DNA from: Phoronis australis
Lineage: Eukaryota > Animalia > Phoronida
DNA length: 64,000 bases
NCBI GenBank assembly: GCA_002633005.1
Contig: NMRA01000104.1
Span: 268,070-332,069, forward strand
Reading direction: 5' to 3'
Below, one piece after another: positions 1 to 14,100 of this stretch. Made by a program: the position numbers and the translations under genes. The first letter of the stretch is position 1; each line of letters begins with the position of its first letter. The notes under the pieces were generated by a model. That model was not told where the DNA came from and did not search any database. It was given only the letters and a program-made list of their open reading frames with translations.

Positions 1-957
1 ATAGATAACCCTCTCTATCACAGTGAATGCTCACTTCAAAAATGAGTCCTTTAACTGTCGAGTGAGTTTGATCCGCTCCGCTGTGGAATTCTGGGTTTGT
101 GTATGTGCGCCATAGTATTAAGATGTCAGTGATATGCGCATTAGGCTCATGCGCACGTATGTGACGCTGCGCGCCTCTCGCCCAATACGCGTCAGAAAAA
201 ACAATGGACGGACATTTTTTACGCAGTATATAGGAGAAATTTGATGGTACTGTAGATGTCGTGTTTCCGGCAATTTAAGTTTCACTACAACCGTGTTAAG
301 GAAGGTCAAACGACACACGTATCATTACACGTGAATATCCAGATATCACCCGAATATGTATATGTGCGAAACAATTTCAGAGAAAAAACAATTTCTCTTA
401 ATTAAAATAGCTCGTCATTTCGGATATAATTCGTGGACCCAAGTATTGCCCCTTGTCACGCGAAACACGTTTTAAAGTGGTATTATCGGCCAGACACATG
501 TTTCTCTGACTCAAGCCACAGCGCGGATGCCAATAAACCTGGAACCGTCGCTGTTGCAAGGCAGTCGAACTCTTATAGTGGGCTAAGCTGAATCCCCGGC
601 GTTCATAATGGCAGAATATTTTTAAGCGTACTTAGCTGAAGTCTTCAGTTTTGATTTCAGCTGATGTCTGGCAGACAACGGCGAGTATAGGCGATTTGTA
701 ATAAAATTACAAAAACACAACGGAATATGTTGTTTTCTAGCTCAGGTCAAAGTTAATAGTGTGTTCCATCATGGTGTGACACCGACTGTAGTGCGGGAGT
801 TCACGTGAGAAAGGCGGAGATCCCACTTTGACGCCGAAATGTTTTATATGTGTCAAATTACGAAATAATCATATCTTGGCAAGCCACGAAAAAATCTTGA
901 CAAATGAACAATGGTGAGACAGTCGGAATAATAAAAGATAAGGTGTTTGTAGTCCAG

Positions 958-1192
958 GGCCCTGTTTCAATAAACTCACTCAAGCTCATTTTTGACTAAG
1001 TCCAAGATATGTCTCATCTTCCAGACTTTGAAACTTCCACATCCGGTAAGCTAGTCGAACTTAAGACAAAACTTCAGTCAAACTCAAGATTTCTTTCTTG
1101 GAACGGACTTAAGAAAAACCGAAGTTTTATCTTAAATTTGTCTTAAATTTAAAATTCGCCTTAGCTTAAAGTCAGTTTTCTTGGAGAGGCCC
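958..1192. mobile_element. Probable MITE, possibly PIF/Harbinger-like
   Basis: Imperfect terminal inverted repeats (GGCCCTGTTTCAATAAACTCACT vs reverse complement of AGTCAGTTTTCTTGGAGAGGCCC), flanks CAG/CTG, and internal CTTAAG/CTCAAG-like repeats. Superfamily is inferred. Confidence 0.4.
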
Positions 1193-1454
1193 CTGACCAA
1201 ATTTACAACGAGGTGTTTGTTAGTTCGGCATGTGCTGTGAGAATGCCCCAATCGCGAGAAATTCTCAATTGAAGCTATTAAATGCAGGTTAGAAATGTTG
1301 TGTTAAGAGAAATATTTATAAAATGAAGGTCTGAAGCCAAAATAGTAACAAGATGATTGTTCAGCAAAACTACGGAATTTTGATAATACCGAGTTCGTAA
1401 TATATTATTTGCAATCACATTTTTGCAGCCGGTAGTTGGACGACACGAAAGCAC

Positions 1455-3115
1455 GTTAAATACAGATGAGTACAAAAATCAGTGAACCAAGTGAAGTATG
1501 GAGAACCGAAATGTTAAATACTTTGGTATTTTCACTATTTTGCGAAATTGTACTAATTTTACTCAGGCGTATTACGATTAGTTTTTGATTACAGTGACTC
1601 TCTTATTCGTATTTTGCGAAATGTTGCCCCAAAAATCGTTTGCTTGATTTAATGACAATTGTCAATGTTCGTTCTTAATCTTCATGAAATCGAGACAATG
1701 TAAACGTATGTTCATTTATCGATTGAAATTGTGATATTGTTACATTAACAGTTACAAAAACTACACTCACTAACTACATTATCTAATTTCTGCATTCTTC
1801 CTGCTGTTAAAATTTTATTGCTTCAATCAACGGGTGTTACTGAAAATATATCTAATATGAAACAAATAATGAATCGAATTTTGAAAACTAAAAAGTACTA
1901 AGAACACATGATGCTATGACAATCGTATTAATTTGGCAAAACAAAATGTCATTGTTGGTACATGTAGCTCCATCTGTCATTACATACTAGTGAACTGCAG
2001 GAGTCGAAATGGTCTTTTCTCATCTTCGTTGGCTTTCGTGTCTCGTGTTGCTACATCAACAGCTGAGAAGCGAATGAGAAGCGAACTTTTTCAATTTGGC
2101 GCAGTATAAGACAACGTCTTTCCAACACAGCTTAGTGTTACCACATATCACTGCACTTAGTAAGAATTAAATCCTTAAGATTTTAATATGAGAACGTAAG
2201 CCTATATTTTCTGAGATGAATTGATAGTTTTATGCAAAAATCTGGAGCGTCCAATGGAAAAACTTTTTTTGAAATTTTGAAATGTTGAACAAGTTCAGTT
2301 ACCTTAGTAAGGTAAAAGGTAAAAGGTATCTTACCCAGCGCTTTGAAACCCATTAAAGGAAAACAGTAAAATATTTTAGCTACAAATCAAGCTATCCTGT
2401 AATAATAACAACACGTCAATGTCAAGAGGTTTAAGGACATTCACCATAAGGATGCGCAGATTCGTGTTGTAATGAAAAGAAGAACATTAATAATAACAAT
2501 GACAATGGCAATGGCAATGGCAATGGCAATGATAATGACAATAATGACAACAACATCTGTAGCAATAATAATGATGAAAATTATTGCAACCAAAATATTT
2601 TTACTTTTAGGTGCTTTTTCTTTGTCTCATTGGTCAGTAAGTAATAAAAAATTAGAAGTCGTTGCAGATCAAAGTGTCCGGAATTTGCATCTAGACTCAT
2701 AACGTGCAGAAACATAACTTGGGATAGAACAAGTTGTCGGTAAGCGGGGTTATAACATCAGAGTAGGTCAGAACAGTGTTCGGTTGAGATAAGGTAACTA
2801 AACAGAGTTACCCAATGATGCGGTGATCCATTCCTTGTATCACTTTACAGTTTTGCGTCAAAAATAACCGAGAAGGATGCAGAATTGTGTCTGTAGGATG
2901 TTGATAATGCACCCATGTAATGCATTTAAAACTTCCTTAATTGAACAGAGTTTCCTTCATATTCGCCAGTGTGGTCATGTGTCAATTATTGTAGTCACGT
3001 ACTTGTGTCAAAACTAGTTCGAAAACATCTAAAACTTTTATTTTAAAATCAGTTATCAAAACATACGCGTGCGAAATGAAAATACCAACAAATTCGGTAT
3101 CTCGAGGTTTTTATC
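1455..3115 (+). repeat. Copy 1 of a ~1.66 kb near-identical duplication, left of the N gap
   Basis: Starts GTTAAATACAGATGAGTACAAAAATC and ends TCGAGGTTTTTATC, the same ends as 3371-5034; differs by scattered substitutions and small indels. Confidence 0.95.
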
Positions 3116-3370
3116 NNNNNNNNNNNNNNNNNNNNNNNNNNNNNNNNNNNNNNNNNNNNNNNNNNNNNNNNNNNNNNNNNNNNNNNNNNNNNNNNNNNNN
3201 NNNNNNNNNNNNNNNNNNNNNNNNNNNNNNNNNNNNNNNNNNNNNNNNNNNNNNNNNNNNNNNNNNNNNNNNNNNNNNNNNNNNNNNNNNNNNNNNNNNN
3301 NNNNNNNNNNNNNNNNNNNNNNNNNNNNNNNNNNNNNNNNNNNNNNNNNNNNNNNNNNNNNNNNNNNNNN
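3116..3370. other. Assembly gap (255 N)
   Basis: Run of N. Confidence 1.
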
Positions 3371-4376
3371 GTTAAATACAGATGAGTACAAAAATCAGTG
3401 AAGCAAGTGAAGTATGGAGAACCGAAATGTTAAATACTTTGGTATTTTCACTATTTTGCGAAATTGTACTAATTTTACTCAGGCGTATTACGATTAGTTT
3501 TTGATTACAGTGAATCTCTTATTCGTATTTTGCGAAATGTTGCCCCAAAAATCGTTTGCTTGATTTAATGACAATTGTCAATGTTCGTTCTTAATCTTCA
3601 TGAAATCGTGACAATGTAAACGTATGTTCATTTATCGATTGAAATTGTGACATTGTTACATTAACAGTTACAAAAACTACACTCACTAACTACATTATCT
3701 AATTTCGGCACTCTCCCTGCTGTTAAAATCTTATTGCTTCAATCAACGGGTGTTACTGAAAATATATCTAATATGAAACAAATAATGAATCAAATTTTGA
3801 AAACTAAAAAAGTATTAAGAGCACATGATGCTATGACAATCGTATTAATTTGGCAAAACAAAATGTCATTGTTGGTACATGTAGCTCCATCTCAGTCATT
3901 ACATACTAGTGAACTGCAGGAGTCGAAATGGTCTTTTCTCATCTTCGTTGACTTTCGTGTCTCGTGTTGCTATGACATCAACAGCTGAGAAGCGAACTTT
4001 TTCAATTGAGCGCAGTTTTCGACAACGTCTTTCCAACACATATCACTGCACTTAGTAAGAATTAATCCTTAAGATTTTAATATGAGAACGTAAGCCTATA
4101 TTTTCTGAGATGAATAAATTTTTATGCAAAAATCTGGAGCGTCCAATGGAAAAACTTTTTTTGAAATGTTGAACAAGTTCAGTTACCTTAGTAAGGTAAA
4201 AGGTAAAAAGTATCTTACCCAGCGCTTTGAAACCCATTAAAGGAAAACAGTAAAATATTTTAGCTACAAATCAAGCTATCTTGTAATAATAACAATAAAT
4301 CAATGTTAAAGAGGTTTAAGGACATTCACCATAAGGCTGCGCAGATTCGTGTTGTCATGAAAAGAAGAACATTAAT

Positions 4377-4439
<63 letters not shown>

Positions 4440-5034
4440 AATAATGACAATAATAATAATGACAAGAACATCTGTAGCAATAGTAATGATGAAAATTATT
4501 GCAACCAAAATATTTTTACTTTTAGGTGATTTTTCTTTGTCTCATTGGTCAGTAAGTAATAAAAAATTAGAAGTCGTTGCAGATCAAAGTGTCCGGAATT
4601 TGCATCTAGACTCATAACGTGCAGAAACATAACTTGGGATAGAACAACTTTTTTGTCGGTAAGCGGGGTTATAACATCAGAGTAGGTCAGAACAGTGTTC
4701 GGTTGAGATAAGGTAACTAAACAGAGTTACCCAATGATGCGTTGATCCATTCCTTGTATCACTTTACAATTTTGCGTCAAAAATAACCGAGAAGGATGCA
4801 GAATTGTGTCTGTAGGATGTTGATAATGCACCCATGTAATGCATTTAAAACTTCCTTAATTGAACAGAGTTTCCTTCATATTCGCCAGTGCGGTCATGTG
4901 TCAATTATTGTAGTCACGTACTTGTGTCAAAACTAGTTCGAAAACATCTAAAACTTTTATTTTAAAATCAGTTATCAAAACATACGCGTGCGAAATGAAA
5001 ATACCAACAAATTCGGTATCTCGAGGTTTTTATC
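3371..5034 (+). repeat. Copy 2 of the ~1.66 kb near-identical duplication, right of the N gap
   Basis: Colinear with 1455-3115 from the first base after the gap. Confidence 0.95.
4378..4437 (+). repeat. (ACA)n microsatellite, ~20 units
   Basis: Seen directly; explains the spurious poly-T and poly-V ORFs. Confidence 0.95.
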
Positions 5035-8000
5035 TACTATTACAGAGCACCAATTGCGGAGGATGCTGTGACAGGTCTTGCGTAGGTGCTGAATTGAAAC
5101 AGCACGCGCGAAGAAACAGTTCAATACCGAATACTAAATAGAAATAAAATAATAATAAAATACATGTAATAGTATATTTTCAATAAAGCGTGTAACAGAA
5201 GTTTTACGACAGTGTTCAGTCTGTTGCCAGACACTTTATGGAAAACGCAAGGAATTGTACAAGGCGACGTAAATGTACTTTTTGGCGAAGCCTGGCTGTC
5301 AAATATGCCAGTTGGCACTCCCACATATGTATAGCGTGAGAGCCCGCGTTGGGTCGTTACTCGGACGTAACTATTCACAATAACATCTATATAGTCTAAT
5401 TACTTTCAAATAAAGCAGTTTAACAACAAGGATGCATACATTTAGAGGCATAAACAAGGAGAGTTTCAAACGAATATGTTAAGCAGACAGTCAACTGCGT
5501 TGTTACATAAGTGATGTTGATGCAAAAACTCACTAGAAAATCAAATTTATATCAATATAGGCCTAGCGACAGATTATTTGTTATTTAAACTATTCGTAAA
5601 ATATAAGCACTATAGTAGATCAACAGTTTTCAGATTAACAACGGCTCTGCAGAGTTAGTTACTTTCGCCAATCAACTACATGTACATCACCAATGACGTA
5701 CTGGGAGAAAGCCTATAGTAAGCGGAACTCGGCGCTTCGTCAGAAATGGGCCAAAGCGTCCCAGTCACGAGTGTGGGCACAAATTCGAGGGTATCAGTGA
5801 GCGAAATGTTGTAGTTGGGGGCTACATCAAACAATAACTCAGTTAAACTTACCTCCCGTCCAAAAAACTTTTGATTTAGACCATTTACCGTTAAGAAATC
5901 GATCCCAACTTGATCCTGTTTAAGTACTAACAGGTCCAAAAAGCTTGTGAAGGGGCAGCTTGTAAATTGTGGCTTGTGACCTCGGTGGAGTATTGTGTGA
6001 AAACTCGAAAATTGTTGCGATGAGGAAGGATCGGGGGCGGCTCGAAAATTGTGGGGACTTCGGTGGTGAAAATCACCCTTGTCGTGGCGAACGGGGAAGG
6101 GAGTAAGATGGAAACTGAAAAACTGTGCAGACCAGGGTTCCCCTAGACCGTGCTTTGACCCTCCGAGAACTTTAACCTCAAGCCGGCTCTTCCAGTTGTT
6201 TTCAAACCGAACTCTAGACACCAGTTACTGAGTAATTTTACAACGTAAAGTTCTGAGTCAAAACAATCATTAAGAGGGTCGCGGTCGTGGCAGACCCTGT
6301 TTCAGACCATGTTTTCGAATTGTAAACAGATTGTGCCGGGGAAGACTGCCGAGTTCACGTCACAGATCTGCGAAAATGCGCGAACGGGTCAATATGTATT
6401 GCAAAGATTTTATACAGTATCCTTGTGTATTGTTCATTCATCATGATGAATGCCGTGAATGTGAATGACACAAACAACCATTGACGTACAACGAAAACCA
6501 ACCCATGGGAAAATCCATTCTTGTTTGACCTCGGGTACCTACATCCTCAATTTGTAACCAAATGTTCCTTAGCGGGACTTTCAGTACAAAATGAGCTGAT
6601 TGGACATGGATTCAATTAAACAGCACGGTCCCTCATGTTCCATTTTTAATTAATATACTGCTAACGTTGGACCAACGGCTACACCACTCACAGCAAACAT
6701 CTGCCAAAAAGACTGTCAATTAAAAAGTAGAATCTGACTCGTGACCTGAGATAGCATAAAAGACATACCTGTCCTACCAAGGTAAGGACTATCATGATAT
6801 TGAAGTAGTCTTTCATCATGTCAGGCCTAATCATAAACTCATGCTCAGCTGTCTGCCAATGTAGATCTGTCTCGCACTGTCACTTCTTATAAAGAAACTA
6901 AAATTATTGTGGTGAAGAACTGGTCACAGGCTACTGGGGTCCGGATGTGTTGCTCGCAACAAGGAAGTAAATTCCCATTGGGTAATCGTGTTTGACAATA
7001 TACCCCGTGACCTACTTGCCAAGACGTTGCTGGCGACGAGGTGACACTGGGTTGACCTCTTTTGATATATTTGAGAACCACCTCCCAATATACCCATGCA
7101 ATGAGTCCGGCGTTCATCACCCTCCAGTCTACTGCGTGCCATTACAGTCGTAGCAAGCGGGGAGGGGCTGACGGCTGCAAAAGCCTCTACTTACCGAAGT
7201 TGTGAGATACAATCAGTACAATCCGCCGGATCAAGAGAATTTTTTTCAATTGCTTTTCAGATCGTAGTTTCTCAGTCATGACTTCTGTTGTTTATTTTGA
7301 AAAATAAAATGAGTTTCATTAACATGACAACATCGATCATGTAAAAACCTTTGCATAATGTCAACCTTAAAATTAATGCACTATGCTTATTTCAATATAA
7401 ATTTTCGAAAAATTAACTGCGCATGTACATGTATATGTCGAGTCAGTAGGTTCTCGTCTAGCCCGGACCCGTAGAAGTACTCGCAAGAGGCGAGCAAAGG
7501 AGAACAGCGGGACGAGGCGAAACGTTGAAAGTCATTGATTTGTTTGCAGTTTTCATTCATTTCAGTCCTCATTTTGAGCACAAAAACAATTCATTGGCTG
7601 AGAATGCTTGCGACTTCTTTTCCGAAAGTTTGCGCACACGTATGTTCTTGCCAATCTTGATTGATCTCTGATCGACTAGTCCTTGACTGGGGTCATTTAT
7701 GCCAGATATAACGGTAGAAATCGTAAAAAGTATGGTTGTGACTGATTTGCACCCCTCTCATTTTGCAACTTGTGAGTCACCACAACAGCGCCCGCTCGCG
7801 TAAAGCCTAATTTCGGTCAAAGTCTCCCCGGGAACTGTTTCTGAAAAGCACTTAAACAATTCCTTATACGCCATTGCTTGCTAGGTGAGACATGATTATC
7901 CCATTTACCTGTGATAAACTGCCTCGCAACCCGCATACATGTTGTTATTGAACTTTTAAATTTTGAATTGTTTTTACTGGGGCAACACACGGTGAAGAAC

Positions 8001-9105
8001 ATACAAATCGTAAAGACATAATTAAAAACAAAACTAAAGTAATGAGAACATAACCGTACCACCTTATTTCCGATGCGGTCCACACAAAATTGAATGTATA
8101 ATACAAGGAAAGAATATAATTGAAATAAAATTTAAAATGGGGCTTGGTATGTGAAACCGTTACTTAAGCCCCGTTTATATGTTTCACTTTTACCCCGTGC
8201 GTAAATATACACCATACGCAACTCTACATGTGAAATTACAACGCGTTCGAATGAAGGAAAAAAATGCGCTCAGTGTTACATACACTTTGGAGGGAAGCCA
8301 ACACAAGTTGAGCTTGCTAGTGAAGAGAAGATTGATTTAGAACAATTGTCTTAAATCTGGGTTGCTCTGAGGCTTTGGGTATCGATCACCAAGAATTGCT
8401 TTTCAAGTGGAACTATGTTGCAAACGTCAAGTGTATACATTCTAAGAAAGATCGATAATGGAAACGTAAGAACAAATGGTGGTTTGAAAATTGTCAAATG
8501 TCAGATGCCCTTCCTTAAAGCCTACACATTTTGCTCTTACGTATTACAAACAAACAAACCACCGTTGGAGCTAAGTCGTAATGAAAGCGTGCAAGATTTA
8601 ATAACCGTGTTGTTGGTAACTTGACAGAGTCACGAAAGTGTTTTCCTGTTCGCATGCATCGGCGAAACTAACGCAGTCACAACGTTTTTCTTGACAGATC
8701 ATTCTGCACAAAATTTCCCTCAAGATCATCACTTGAATGAAAAATTTGTGATTTCCCAATTGTGTCGGTTTAGAAGGGTGTAAGTCGTTTATCAATGATC
8801 GCGTCCGAAATATTGTTCACGGTTTTTGTTTCAACAACATGATCATTCGATTATATTTTGGTGTGTAAAATACTGATACTGATTATATCATTAGTGAAGT
8901 AAACACAACATGGCTTGGCCGGCTCACGTTTGTGGCGTGCCAACTTTAGTGGAAATAGCGTGAACAGCGAACTTTTGGAAATGAACCAAACAGCTGATTT
9001 GTTCTGATGAAGTTGTATGCCTATTAAGATATGGTGCATATATCGAGTGGAATCGTCACACAAAAAGCCGCCCTTGAATGTTTCACCAGCATCAACAGCA
9101 GAATG

Positions 9106-9210
9106 CAGCAGCCGCGAGCAGCAGCAGCCGCGAGCAGCAGCAGCAGCCGCGAGCAGCAGCAGCCGCGAGCAGCAGCAGCCGGCAGCAACAGCAGTCGGTA
9201 GCAGCAGCAG
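9106..9210 (+). repeat. Compound (GCA)n / GCAGCAGCAGCCGCGA repeat
   Basis: GCAGCAGCCGCGA units repeated about 4 times within a CAG-rich tract. Confidence 0.9.
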
Positions 9211-11089
9211 ATCTTTTGGACGTTGTGATGCTTTAGAGGAGATGAGATCACAGAAATAATAGTCGCGGAGTGACTTGTGCTTTTACACCTGAGCGTATAT
9301 TCAAATCGCTTTCTATGCGCCAAGTGTATATTTGCACGTGTGTAAATTTATATTTACACGACCTCTAAAGTTGGTGTAGTCGGGTCGGCACACCCGAGTG
9401 TACCATTACACCCGGGTGACGGTATTTGCGTTTACGTAGCAAAAATACACACTGTGCGTGAACATACCGTCATTAGGGTACTTCAACTCATCATCAATCA
9501 TCACAACGGAATTTGAAAAAAATCGTAATTGGCGAACTCAACATATTCACTCTGACAGAGTGCGGAGAGATATTCCGTCCCCGAGTGTCCTGTCCAATCC
9601 CGGGGGTTCTTGTCGGGATTCTTGTTTTTCGGGCTGGTTAGCTCAGTCAGTGTTTTGAACTAGAGGTGCGGGGAAATCTCAGGAGTGCTTTACACCATGG
9701 TTCCCCCGGCGCAATTTCGATGGAACTCCTTGATTCCTTGTTATTGATAAAACGCCGGCCATACGCTGGTCATTAGAGTAGGTATTTGACTTATGTAAGT
9801 ACTTTTACCTTAAACCGATCCGATCGCCGAGGATGAAATGCAAACTTCAATCGTGAAACTGCCAAAGACCGAAGGAGCACTGGATTTGAGTAGTAAAGCC
9901 CTCCGCAATCGCCCTAACTCAGTTGAAAACAGCAGTAAAGTAGTTTACTAAAAAGATGATTATCATTTATTCGGCACCCGTAGAACTCTAAAGCTCGAAG
10001 TGAGACACGTTGGCCAACTAAAGCCGGTTTGTCACCTCCAAAAAGAACAAAGGACAGTGGATCGCCCATCGTATTCACTTTCACACTCATGTGTGCGGGT
10101 TACGTAATTTTTTGCAATTATTTTTCAAATTAACGTTTTCAGCGGAGGGCACTACCGCCAATAATCGCTCTAAATCATCTGTGGCGCCGGACATGAGGTT
10201 TTCAGTCCATTTAGTGCTATTTGCTGGCGAAACTACTGGGCCGAGGATTTGATTCCACAAATTCGTGATCTGATCCGTATGCCAAAATGGGGGATGCCGC
10301 ATGGTATCGAGGAGGGGCGGAGAAATTGGCATCGACTAGAAGTGCGCACACATTTTTTGCACATGTCCACTTAATATTTTTGCCGTGGGGTTATGGACCA
10401 AGGCTGCGTTAAGTACTAGCGGCTAGTGGTGAATTGAGTCAACAATAGAGGGCAATAGTTTACCGCAGTGAAGGTCTGTAAAAGTTGATAGTCCGGTAAT
10501 CTTTAAGCGGGTTACCGATCTGACAGAATACGTATGGAAATATGGAGTGATTTTTCATTTGATATGACATACACTGCGAAAGAAGTAAGTGACTTTCCCA
10601 GTCACTGAACTCCCACCTCACGTATTATCTTTTGTTAGCAACACATAAACAAACTACATAATGGAGGTACCATGACGTCACATACAGGGTTTAGATTCAC
10701 GCATGACAGATAATTTATTAAATAATTTCGCAATTATCAAGGTTTTGTCATATGGTTTTACTTATTAATTTTACGCGTTATGTCATTCCATCCTCAATTT
10801 TGTAAAACACGGGAAATACACAGATTTATATTAGAACTTTTTTTCTTCGATGCGCATTAATACGTAGTACCTGTAAAGTAGTTTACATCTGTGGTCGATC
10901 TGTGAAGCAAGCAAGTGATCGAAACCAGCTCCAGTGATCTGTGAGGAGTTATTACCAAAAGAAAAGTGATTTGTGGTGCGACGGAAATGTAACCTAGCAG
11001 GCCTAACATCGAGGTTGATACAATGACATTACTTTCTAGTGAAACCCTGTTAAAAACTGCGTGTGCCTAAGGATGAGGTGAACACAAAC

Positions 11090-11161
11090 ATGGAATATCC
11101 CCCTCGTTCAGTTCAGGAGACCGAGTCTGAACACTCAACGAAGCCGAGTCTCCCAGTCTAA
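11090..11161 (+). promoter_or_regulatory. Candidate upstream ORF (23 aa, MEYPPRSVQETESEHSTKPSLPV*), in frame with and ending 3 nt before the KIF19 ATG
   Basis: AAACATGG context at 11090, TAA at 11159-11161, then GAA ATG. Inclusion in the mRNA is not proven. Confidence 0.4.
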
Positions 11162-11164
11162 GAA

Positions 11165-11191
11165 ATGAAAGGAGTAGAGAGCCCACTCACG
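11165..11191 (+). CDS. KIF19: KIF19 exon 1 (MKGVESPLT)
   Basis: ATG with upstream in-frame stop; donor ACG|GTACGA; phase 0 joins VSLRIRP. Confidence 0.7.
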
Positions 11192-14100
11192 GTACGAACT
11201 CTTCCTACAAAGTTGGTGGTCTGTCTTTGGCTTCAGTGGTCATCTCCACTTACAATGTCCCAATGTAATTTTAATCTGCTTGTGCTCAAAGAATTTACAA
11301 GGTCTCCTCTCATGTAGCCGTGGGCCTGATGCCCTTGGCCTTATGTAGCCCAATTGGACTGTGTATAGCGAGCGACCTTTTTAAGATAGGTTTCATTGCA
11401 TTTTTAAAGTGTTCGTGGAAAATGCAATTATTTCTGCCCTAGGCCATGGTTTAACTTTACACCGACTCTGTGTGTTCAATTTCTTCCTTTTGTTATTAAA
11501 AAATGTTCCTTTAAGCAACAGCCTAATTTTTTCTTTCTTGTCATATGCAGGATTGGTGCAAAAAAATAAGCTGCCTTGCAGGCAGTAGGTACACCACTCT
11601 GGTGGGGCCCAGCTTATGCAACCAGACTAGCGGCTTCCTGTTGCCTACCCGGCTTTACTATATCCGATGAAATAGCTTGGCCGTATCATTTTGGATTGTT
11701 GCATTTTTTAAGTTGTGTCCATTTTCAGCCCATTGCCTTTAGTAGTTTATGAATTAAAAAAAATTGTAGTGAGGTTGTCGAGCTCATGTACTCAGTGTTG
11801 AACTGTTGATGCAAAAGTTTTTATTGCTTTCAAATCAAATTCACAATTCCCTTGTGAATTGTTTTATCATAATCGTTTTCTTCTTGTAGGTATCTCTTCG
11901 CATTCGGCCCCTGAATGAGGATGAAATAATTCATGGCGCCACACCAGTGGCTCACGGTGTGCAAGGCAATGTAAGCGCAATTCTATTGTATAAAAGTCTT
12001 CAATAAAAAGTACACTGACAGATTCATCCCTGACAGTTAAATAATCCTTTTTTGTGCAAGAGACCAAAAGATGACACAGTCACTTAAAATGAATAACAAA
12101 ATTAACCTAATTTTCATTGAAAATAAATTAACTGAAATTTGTGGTTTTGAAATGCATTTTGAAATTTCTTACGAAACATTGGTGTAAATGCAGGTGTTCT
12201 TTTGTTTGTGTGCTCTCTAGCTCAGCATGATGTATCAACCTAATCACTAAAATGTGGCTCTTTTGAATGATAACATCTTTTGTTTTATTTTCAAATATTT
12301 CTTGAGTATAACTCTTGAGTGTAGCCTATTTTTTATTATTATTTAGTTTTAAGCTTAGAAGAAAAATGTGTCGCCTTAGTGAACTCACACAACATCTGTA
12401 AATTACTTGCTTTACCAGTGAGTAAAGATGAACAAAATACAAAAATATAGGATTTATAATACTACAAAACGCCAAAATAAAATGGGTACGTATGAAAATA
12501 GATAGATGGACTAAAAACCTGCCACAGAATGATTTAAGCTCTTTCACCGACCAAAATGTGGCTTATTTGAATAAGAAGCACCTTTTTTCTTGTTTATAAA
12601 TATTTTTTGAGTTTAACTCAGATAACGTCAGATTGGTAAAAAAGTCAAAAATCAAATTAGCGTTTCTCCTTTCAGGAAAGACCTACTTTTACTAATTCAA
12701 AATCTGTAGTTTCGTAAATATTTTTCTGAATGCACAACTTGTCAATAAGGTCCTACATATGGTAAAAATTCCTAAATTTAGAACTGTCTCCCGAATTTCG
12801 GATGCCTAAGTCCAACCCCAAACTGAATTTTTTTATTCGTAACTGTAAAATGACCTTATTGCTGTCAATCACTCTGAAATGACACGTAGCCTATTTAGTA
12901 AAATCTCTTCAAAAGTTTCAGTGTCAATAAGGTCCTACACAGCCAATGTCCTTACTGTTGTCAATCACTATTAAATGAGGTGTGGCCTATCCAGTAAAAT
13001 CTCATTTCACTTTTTCATCAGAAATACCTTCTTATTTTAAGTAACTAGTCTGAGGCTTAGTCTTTTGCACATTTATGTTCCTCAGCTGGCATCAACAGGG
13101 CGTGGAATTTCCTCTTTAAGAGGATATCGTCTTCTTTGATTTCAAATTCCTCTTATTTGCTTTCCATCCTCGTCTCTTTTTTATCATTATTTTGACTTTA
13201 ATCATGCAAAAAGGTTTATTTCAGTAAAATGTTACAACACAAAAAACATTTCTATCGTGCACAGGCCTATTTATTTGTGGAACAATACCATCACCTGGAA
13301 ATTTTTTCTCTTTTTGTCATTGGTCATTCCATGCACTGCATCAAAGACATTGAGCTTTTTGACAACAATATAGAAACCTGTGGAAGGGAAGAAAGTACTG
13401 TTTTGACGATTGATTCTGTTCCTAATTGATGACATTTTCATATTTGTAAGTAATTCTGAGAGGAGGTACTTTCTCAAGGAACTGATTCCAAAAATACTTT
13501 CTCTGCAGCTAGTAAAAATTATTAAGTAAGATTTAAAATTCAGAACGTTTTTCCAATCTAGTCCATCAAAGACATTATTCACATACATGAAGTGGACCAG
13601 TCCTGTATTATCTAGCTAGTAACAACTCTTGTGAAGGTATCCAGTCTGTGATATTGTTTACTCTGTCTTGTATTCTTGTTAAGGCCTTTGTCCAAGCCTG
13701 TTTGCATTTCTGTAGCTCTTTCAGATTAATGTGTATACAGTTTGACTATGGTGTTTGTGTAGTGCTTTTCATAATCAACTACAAACACTTGGTCTATTGA
13801 AACTTCTTTTTGAATGCTCTTCAGTCAAACCTGAGTTTAGATTTGCTAGTTTAACTTGTCAACAAGTGATTGACCATCATAAGATCCTCAATAATCAAAT
13901 GGACAAATTTAAGACATTTTCATCAGCTGACATTAATGCAAACTGCCTTGAACACCCAGAGTTCTCCCACTAGCTACTGCACCGTGTGTGAACAGGTCTG
14001 AACCCAATGTTTCTAAACCTGTTTTCAATCTTGGTGCTAAATGAGTTTGCATTTCTACATGACCACAGTAAAAATTCTTCAGTTTGGGAGACAATATGGA

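Noticed and set aside
3056-3401. ORFs composed of X
   Set aside because: Artefacts of the N gap.
2472-4617. ORFs 2472..2702, 4303..4617 and 4326..4508 with poly-MA, poly-T and poly-V tracts
   Set aside because: Open only because they run through microsatellites; no domain or splice support.
5676-6221. 181-aa minus-strand ORF
   Set aside because: Non-ATG start, no recognisable domain or exon context; a database search would be needed to rescue it.
9017-9323. Poly-Q/A/L ORFs over the CAG-rich repeat
   Set aside because: Explained by the repeat; no gene structure.
9838-9951. Short ORF MQTSIVKLPKTEGALDLSSK... as an alternative KIF19 first exon (possible phase-0 donor AAA|GTAGTT)
   Set aside because: Weak donor and no homology. 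The 11165 exon supplies the expected L-T before VSLRIRP. Cannot be excluded without RNA data.
10087-10332. 81-aa minus-strand ORF in a GC-richer region upstream of KIF19
   Set aside because: No recognisable family; likely a chance ORF in promoter-like DNA.
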